The notes beneath the pieces were generated by a model that saw only the letters and a program-made list of their open reading frames with translations, ran no database searches and was not told the origin of the DNA. Positions 53,786-58,377 of a DNA stretch of 58,377 bases are shown here, one piece after another. Source of the DNA: a virus (Duplodnaviria; Caudoviricetes); IMG/VR virus record IMGVR_UViG_3300022723_000109, positions 1 to 58,377 of that record. One strand, written 5' to 3'. The position numbers were made by a program, and so were the translations under genes. Within the stretch, counting starts at the first letter, position 1, and every line of letters starts with the position of its first letter.

Positions 53786-54204
53786 AGGGTCTGCAGCGCA
53801 TCGAGCGCCCCGGCTGGCGCTCCTACTTCTGCCGCGTGTACCACGCCGGCGACGTGCTGACGAAGAGCTTCGCCGATCGCGAGCATGGCGGCAGGGCTCA
53901 AGCCCGGGCCGCGGCGGTCGCGTGGCTTCGAGAGACTCGCTCCGAGCTCGGCCAGGTCGAGCGGCGCGGCCGCGTGGTCGCATCGAAGGCCGACGGGACC
54001 GACGAGCTCGTCGGGGTCCACGTGCACGAGCGCACCACGCGCGCCGGCAGTCTCTCGCGCGCTTGGGTCGCCACGTGGGGGGAGACGCGGGGCGGCAAGC
54101 GCCGGCAGAAACGGAAGAGCTTCTCCGTCCGAGTGCACGGCGAAGACGGGGCGCGCGAGCTCGCGCGAGCTCAGCGCCGCGAGTGGGAGCGCGGGGCCGC
54201 TTGA
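53782..54204 (+). CDS. Tandem AP2-domain DNA-binding protein
   Basis: KSFADREHGG..QA..AA and GV...WVATW...KSFSVRVHGE.GA.ELA...R. Confidence 0.75.
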   Translation: MKGLQRIERPGWRSYFCRVYHAGDVLTKSFADREHGGRAQARAAAVAWLRETRSELGQVERRGRVVASKADGTDELVGVHVHERTTRAGSLSRAWVATWGETRGGKRRQKRKSFSVRVHGEDGARELARAQRREWERGAA

Positions 54205-54413
54205 GCCCCGAGTTCCCCTTTTACGTCCTCATCGGTGCTCGTAAAAGCGGAACCGCACGTGCACGGGTCGCACTTCGGGCAGACGTCGCGGCCGTGCTCG
54301 CACTCGATCGCGACGGTCCCGAGCGCCGCGCCCATCGGGCAGCCCTTCGCGTGCCCGTCCTGGCGCAGAAAGTGGCCGGGCGGAAGGCCGACCTCGTGAA
54401 GTCGTTCGCTCAT
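54171..54413 (-). CDS. Small Cys-rich protein
   Basis: CEHGRDVCPKCDPCTC. Confidence 0.6.
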   Translation of the reverse strand: MSERLHEVGLPPGHFLRQDGHAKGCPMGAALGTVAIECEHGRDVCPKCDPCTCGSAFTSTDEDVKGELGAQAAPRSHSRR

Positions 54414-54520
54414 CCCTCGAAGCGCAACGCGCCGGGGCCTCGAACCCGGAGCAGCGGCCCCCCGCGTGGTCGATGGACGGATCGGCCGCCCTTCCAAGCA
54501 GGTCCCGACGTCGTCACGTT

Positions 54521-54835
54521 CTAGCGGCCCTGATGCCGGCGGACGTTCTGGCGGCCCTTCGGCACGTGGCCGACGCCGCGCGGGGCGACATCCGGACGAC
54601 CGATGCCCCTCGGGAACGTCGCGCGGCTCTCCTCCGGAGGCTGCCCCTGCGTGAGGGCCTCGCGGAACTCCTCCTTCCCGTCCCTGCGGCCGTGCTCCTT
54701 GAGCCACTCGGCGCGCTCGTCCGGCGTCATCTTGTCGAGCTCGGCGAACTCCTGCGGCGTGAGCGGGAGGTACCCGTCGGGCACCGGCTCACCGTCCGCG
54801 AAGCGTCGGATCTCGTGGGGATACGACTCCTGCAT
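54521..54835 (-). CDS. Hypothetical protein
   Basis: AGGAG ribosome binding site. Confidence 0.6.
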   Translation of the reverse strand: MQESYPHEIRRFADGEPVPDGYLPLTPQEFAELDKMTPDERAEWLKEHGRRDGKEEFREALTQGQPPEESRATFPRGIGRPDVAPRGVGHVPKGRQNVRRHQGR

Positions 54836-54847
54836 CGTCTGCTTCTC

Positions 54848-55264
54848 CTACTCTCCGGGACCTGCGGAGTGCATGTCCCACGACTTCGGCCGCTTGCACC
54901 ATCGGCACACGGGCTTCCCGCCAACGTCGCGCTCGAACTCGTGAGGCAGCGCCCCGCGCGCGTGACGCGGGTGCTCGTGCGCGCCGTGCTTGATCGAGAT
55001 CGCGCGCACGTCCTGCGTGCTCCAGTCGGGCTCCGCCTTCAGCGACGTCCGGATCTGATGCGCGACGAGCTCCTTGCCCTTCTCGGTGAGCCAGGGAGCC
55101 GAGGGGTCCTTCGCGTGCTCGACGCACAACGGCAGCGCGGCGCACGCCTTCGCGGGAGGGTGGGAGCCGCGCTTGTGCCCGACCGCCCACACGTTGACCT
55201 CCGGGTAGTGCGTGGCCCTGGCCTCGCAGTCGCCGAAGCTGCAGAGCACCGGCGACGAGCTCAT
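54848..55264 (-). CDS. Cys/His-rich hypothetical protein
   Basis: C....C, LCVEHA, CRWC; ATGA overlap. Confidence 0.6.
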   Translation of the reverse strand: MSSSPVLCSFGDCEARATHYPEVNVWAVGHKRGSHPPAKACAALPLCVEHAKDPSAPWLTEKGKELVAHQIRTSLKAEPDWSTQDVRAISIKHGAHEHPRHARGALPHEFERDVGGKPVCRWCKRPKSWDMHSAGPGE

Positions 55265-55749
55265 CCGCGCCACTTCCCGCGGTACCGACCGTCGATGAAG
55301 CGGCGCGCATGGTCGAGCGCGTCGAGCTCGTGTCGGTCGACGTCTCGGCCGAGGATCGCGCGGCGCACGTGATCCGGCTGCACCTTGAGCCAGGCCGTGT
55401 ACGTGGAGTCGCTCGCGACGCGCTTCGCCTCGTGGCGAGGCAGCACCGGCGGGAGCTCGAACTTCGTGCGGCACGTCTCGATCGTCTTCACGTCTTCCGG
55501 GTACACGATCGGCACCCCGCAGCACGTGGGCTCGCGGAACTCCGCGCGACACGGGTACGGGTACAGGAACTCGCCGCGCGTCTCGCCTGCAGGCCAGCAA
55601 GGACCCTTCACGATTCCGCCGCGCATGTAGCGGTCCGCCTCGTCGACGGTCACGTACGGTTCGGTGCTCGGGCTCGAGCCCGCCTTGCGTCCGATGCCGA
55701 CGGCCGCGGCCGCGCTGGCGAGGAGCTTGAAGAAGCTGCGTCGGTTCAA
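55261..55749 (-). CDS. Twin-arginine (Tat) signal protein
   Basis: NRRSFFKLLASAAAAVGIG; TTGA overlap. Confidence 0.65.
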   Translation of the reverse strand: MNRRSFFKLLASAAAAVGIGRKAGSSPSTEPYVTVDEADRYMRGGIVKGPCWPAGETRGEFLYPYPCRAEFREPTCCGVPIVYPEDVKTIETCRTKFELPPVLPRHEAKRVASDSTYTAWLKVQPDHVRRAILGRDVDRHELDALDHARRFIDGRYRGKWRG

Positions 55750-55910
55750 TCCTGGTCCTCGTCTTCGTTCGCCTTGCACTTCAAGCAGAGTCGTCCGACG
55801 CCGTCGTCGACGTGGCACTCCGGGCAGACGACCTCGTCGCAGTTGTCGCACCGGATCCCCGCCTCGGTCTCCTCTTGGCAGAGCGTGCACGTGATCGCGA
55901 GCTCGTCCAT
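55746..55910 (-). CDS. Small zinc-finger protein
   Basis: Four CxxC motifs. Confidence 0.6.
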   Translation of the reverse strand: MDELAITCTLCQEETEAGIRCDNCDEVVCPECHVDDGVGRLCLKCKANEDEDQD

Positions 55911-55961
55911 CGCGGCTCCAGGGTCCACCGTCTCCGAGATCTCGTCAACCCCCGCAGGCCG

Positions 55962-55999
55962 AAGAAACGGGCCCCCGACCTGGCAAGGGTCGAGGGCCC
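55962..55999 (-). terminator. Intrinsic terminator-like hairpin
   Basis: GGGCCC.CGACC / GGTCG.GGGCCC stem then GTTTCTT on the minus strand. Confidence 0.5.
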
Positions 56000-56025
56000 A
56001 CCCCGGGGGACCGGGGATGACGGCG

Positions 56026-56631
56026 CTACTGCGGCTGCGGCTGCGGGGGGAAGACCTCTTGCAGCTCTTCGAGCCGCTTCTTGTGCTTCCGCGCGATCGC
56101 ACCGGATCCGCTTCCGGATCCCCAAGGCGTGCAGACGCATTGCCAGTTGCCCCACACGTCGCACCATCCGGTGCACACGGCGTTCTCCTCCGAACACGCC
56201 GACGACTGGCAGGAGTAGAGCGGCGGGGGTGCGTTCGGGTCGAGGTCGAAGCGCGGCGAGTTCCCGAACACGGTGCCGGCCGTGACGTTGTCCGCGAAGG
56301 ACCAGGTCGACGCGACCGACGGGTTCGTGCTGACGGGTCCGACCGGCTGCATCAGGTTCGTCAGCCCGACGAACTCGTACACGTACTGCGCGCGTCCGCC
56401 GGCGAGCTCGTGCACCACGCGCGAGCCGTGGAGCTCCGCTTGCGGTCCGGTGACGACGAGGTAGTGCGTGAACTCGATCGGCTGCAGCGAGAGGTACGGG
56501 ACGGTCTCGCCGCCCTCGCCCCCCCACAAGGGCAGCGTGCCGGAGTCGTCGTCCTGCGGCGAGGCGATCGCCACGGTCGAGCAGAGCATCAGAGCGAGCA
56601 GAGACGAGAGTGTGCGAAGTAGGGTCTTCAT
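56026..56631 (-). CDS. Secreted protein with C-terminal six-Cys domain
   Basis: Signal peptide ending AIA; CQSSAC...CTGWC...CVC. Confidence 0.65.
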   Translation of the reverse strand: MKTLLRTLSSLLALMLCSTVAIASPQDDDSGTLPLWGGEGGETVPYLSLQPIEFTHYLVVTGPQAELHGSRVVHELAGGRAQYVYEFVGLTNLMQPVGPVSTNPSVASTWSFADNVTAGTVFGNSPRFDLDPNAPPPLYSCQSSACSEENAVCTGWCDVWGNWQCVCTPWGSGSGSGAIARKHKKRLEELQEVFPPQPQPQ

Positions 56632-56666
56632 GAATCTCTAGTGGCTTGGCGAGCGGTTCGCTCGCG

Positions 56667-56903
56667 TCAGCGGCGCCGAGGATCTTCCGGATCGGCGTCG
56701 CGATGCAAAGGGTCCGGAACCCGTTCTTCTATCCCCTGCGGTGCTGGCGCGTGCAGGGGTTGCTCGACGGGGTGCGTGAGGAAGCGCTCGTGCGCGTCGG
56801 CCGTGACGATCAGCACGACGATCAGACCGACGAGCGTCGCGTAGGCGAGCAGGATCACGACCACGAGGGCCGGGCTCCATCGGCTGCAGTTGCGCTCCGG
56901 CAT
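56667..56903 (-). CDS. Small membrane protein
   Basis: Long hydrophobic helix; coupled. Confidence 0.55.
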   Translation of the reverse strand: MPERNCSRWSPALVVVILLAYATLVGLIVVLIVTADAHERFLTHPVEQPLHAPAPQGIEERVPDPLHRDADPEDPRRR

Positions 56904-57079
56904 CAGCTCCCCCCCTCGACGTCCTGGATCGTCGGCAAGATCTCCAGGAGACGCGAGGCGATGAGCCTCTCGGCGACGTCCTGGAGCGAGTGTCCGTAGA
57001 GCCCGGTTTCGAGCAAGCGCTGCAGGGCGCGCTCTTCCTGCGGGCTCAGCTCGATCGTCAGCCGCTCACGCTCGGGCAT
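56903..57079 (-). CDS. Ribbon-helix-helix regulator-like protein
   Basis: RLTIELSPQEERALQRLLETGLYGHSLQDVAERLI; below the ORF-track cutoff. Confidence 0.6.
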   Translation of the reverse strand: MPERERLTIELSPQEERALQRLLETGLYGHSLQDVAERLIASRLLEILPTIQDVEGGS

Positions 57080-57788
57080 CGCCCTCGCCCTTCGTCGGCG
57101 TCACGACGAACGAGAAGCTCGCGTCGCATCGCGGGTTGTCGCACGTGACGCCGAGCAGCCGGAGCTCGGCCGCATCGGCGGGCATGGTCTCCTCGATCAG
57201 CACGGTCCCGGCCTTGCACGCCTCGCAGTCTCCGCGCAGGAAGAACCGGTGCAGCGGGCGCACCGACGTCCGCACCGTCACCGGGCTCGAGCCCGGAGTC
57301 AGCGGAACGCCGCCGCGCGCCTGGACGTGCTCCGCGACGTAGCGCATGCGCGAGATCTCGCCCGGCCTTCTGTCGCTCGGCTTGCCGAGCCGCAGCTCGC
57401 AGAGCTTCATGACGAGCCAGGTGCACTCCTCACCCTTGTCCTCGTCGCGCCAGCTCGCACGCGCGTATCGCTCGGTGAGCTCGCCGGCGAGATCCCATTC
57501 CGGATCCGTCGCCTCGGCCGCGGTGACGATGTCGGGCAGCGTCTCGTCGATCGCGACGAGCGCGAGGGAGAGCATGCGATCGAGCTTCGCCGCCTCGACG
57601 GTCCCGAAGCGCTTCGCCCACAAGCGCCCGACGTCGGCGATCTGCGCCTCACACTCCTTGCGCACGACCTCGACGCAGGGACGGACGAGCGGGTCGCCGC
57701 CTTCCCGTGCGATGAGCTGGAGGTACTCCAGCACCTTCCGGAACGCAGCGACCCGCCGATCGTGGGTCCACTCGTCAGAGCCGCTCAT
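57066..57788 (-). CDS. Hypothetical protein with C-terminal zinc ribbon
   Basis: CEAC...CDNPRC; ATGA overlap. Confidence 0.65.
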   Translation of the reverse strand: MSGSDEWTHDRRVAAFRKVLEYLQLIAREGGDPLVRPCVEVVRKECEAQIADVGRLWAKRFGTVEAAKLDRMLSLALVAIDETLPDIVTAAEATDPEWDLAGELTERYARASWRDEDKGEECTWLVMKLCELRLGKPSDRRPGEISRMRYVAEHVQARGGVPLTPGSSPVTVRTSVRPLHRFFLRGDCEACKAGTVLIEETMPADAAELRLLGVTCDNPRCDASFSFVVTPTKGEGDARA

Positions 57789-58021
57789 GTCGTCGGCTCC
57801 GAAGCACTCCGCGCGTGCTCGGCGATGCAGCGCTCGAACAAGCGCGGAGCGACCTCTTCGAGATCAGGAAGATCCGCCTCGCTTCCGACCGCGAGGCTGA
57901 CGCTTCGACTGACCGGACCCGCCCTCAGCGTCACCGTTACCCGGATCTCCAGGGGCTTGTCCGTCTCCACTTCCTCCCGGTGCACCTTCACCGGGATCTC
58001 GATCGTCGGCTTCTCCGGCAT
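57785..58021 (-). CDS. Hypothetical protein
   Basis: GGAGG ribosome binding site before MPEKP. Confidence 0.55.
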   Translation of the reverse strand: MPEKPTIEIPVKVHREEVETDKPLEIRVTVTLRAGPVSRSVSLAVGSEADLPDLEEVAPRLFERCIAEHARSASEPTT

Positions 58022-58202
58022 CGACTCCCTCCGCGACGTCACGTCGCCAGACCACGAGGACCGACCCCGGCTGCCCGGGGTTCGGCGACACGGCCACAAC
58101 GTACCATGTAGGGTCGGAATCGGGCGGAGAAAGCGGCTCGCCCCCCATCCTGGAGGCCGCGAAGGCGCTCATGACGACGATCCGGTGCTCGAAGGCCCTC
58201 AT
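57864..58202 (-). CDS. Hypothetical protein (3' end uncertain)
   Basis: ATGA overlap with the join-spanning gene; long overlap with the downstream gene. Confidence 0.45.
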   Translation of the reverse strand: MRAFEHRIVVMSAFAASRMGGEPLSPPDSDPTWYVVAVSPNPGQPGSVLVVWRRDVAEGVDAGEADDRDPGEGAPGGSGDGQAPGDPGNGDAEGGSGQSKRQPRGRKRGGSS

Positions 58203-58230
58203 CCGGGCAGGCCCTCCGAGGCGGTCTCCT

Positions 58231-58377
58231 GCGGGTGCTGGAGAGCCTGCTCCCAGCCCGGACGGGGCTCGGCGAGCCGGTTCGCTTCGAGGAACCGCTG
58301 CACGAGCTCGGCCGCGGGCGCGGAGTCGTGGCCGGCCCCGAACGTCACCGACTCGGCGCGCGTCGTGAGCCAGGACA
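58231..58377. repeat. Terminal direct repeat / circular overlap, copy 2
   Basis: Matches 1-147 with one mismatch. Confidence 0.97.

Larger units (their letters stand above)
1978..57293. repeat. Dispersed palindrome family (CG)GGCTCGAGCC(CG), 22 copies
   Basis: 10-mer starts: 1978, 6322, 7809, 8787, 10779, 13421, 15853, 17902, 19224, 22818, 27471, 30425, 33434 (A at first base), 35662 (G at last base), 38955, 41581, 44272, 46040, 48592, 51773, 55671, 57284. Confidence 0.9.

Noticed and set aside
58231-58377. Biological terminal repeat of the virion DNA
   Set aside because: It falls mid-gene, as expected for an assembly overlap; the physical ends cannot be inferred
1-58377. tRNA/rRNA genes, integrase, transposase, reverse transcriptase or DGR
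   Set aside because: No cloverleaf with a convincing T-arm, and no recombinase, DDE or RT motifs were recognised by eye; not excluded without tRNAscan and HMM searches

Overview
The window looks like a complete, circularly permuted, high-GC (about 70% by eye) siphovirus genome of about 58,230 bp. Bases 1-147 repeat at 58231-58377 with one mismatch, and one gene reads across the join. Layout: a minus-strand arm of small genes (54.2 kb through the join to 6.5 kb) with a displaced terminase small subunit and a truncated RuvA; a plus-strand recombination/replication arm (7.2-19.2 kb); a minus-strand virion operon (19.2-46.6 kb) with terL, portal, capsid, tail tube, tape measure and a GTA-type tail tip; and a plus-strand early-like arm (46.7-54.2 kb) with a TGT/DpdA-like gene, a C5 methyltransferase, an outer-membrane beta-barrel and an AP2 protein. 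I recognised no integrase, polymerase, helicase or canonical endolysin. Strongest unusual signals: (1) CTCGAG is absent except in 22 copies of a (CG)GGCTCGAGCC(CG)-type palindrome spaced fairly evenly about every 2.6 kb; (2) a stand-alone ethylene-receptor-type membrane domain in the lysis-like cassette; (3) an operon-coupled gene with an in-frame UGA at a probable Cys position; (4) a TCAAG-N17-CCGATAG promoter family driving mostly leaderless genes. All calls come from manual reading and recalled motifs; no searches were run.
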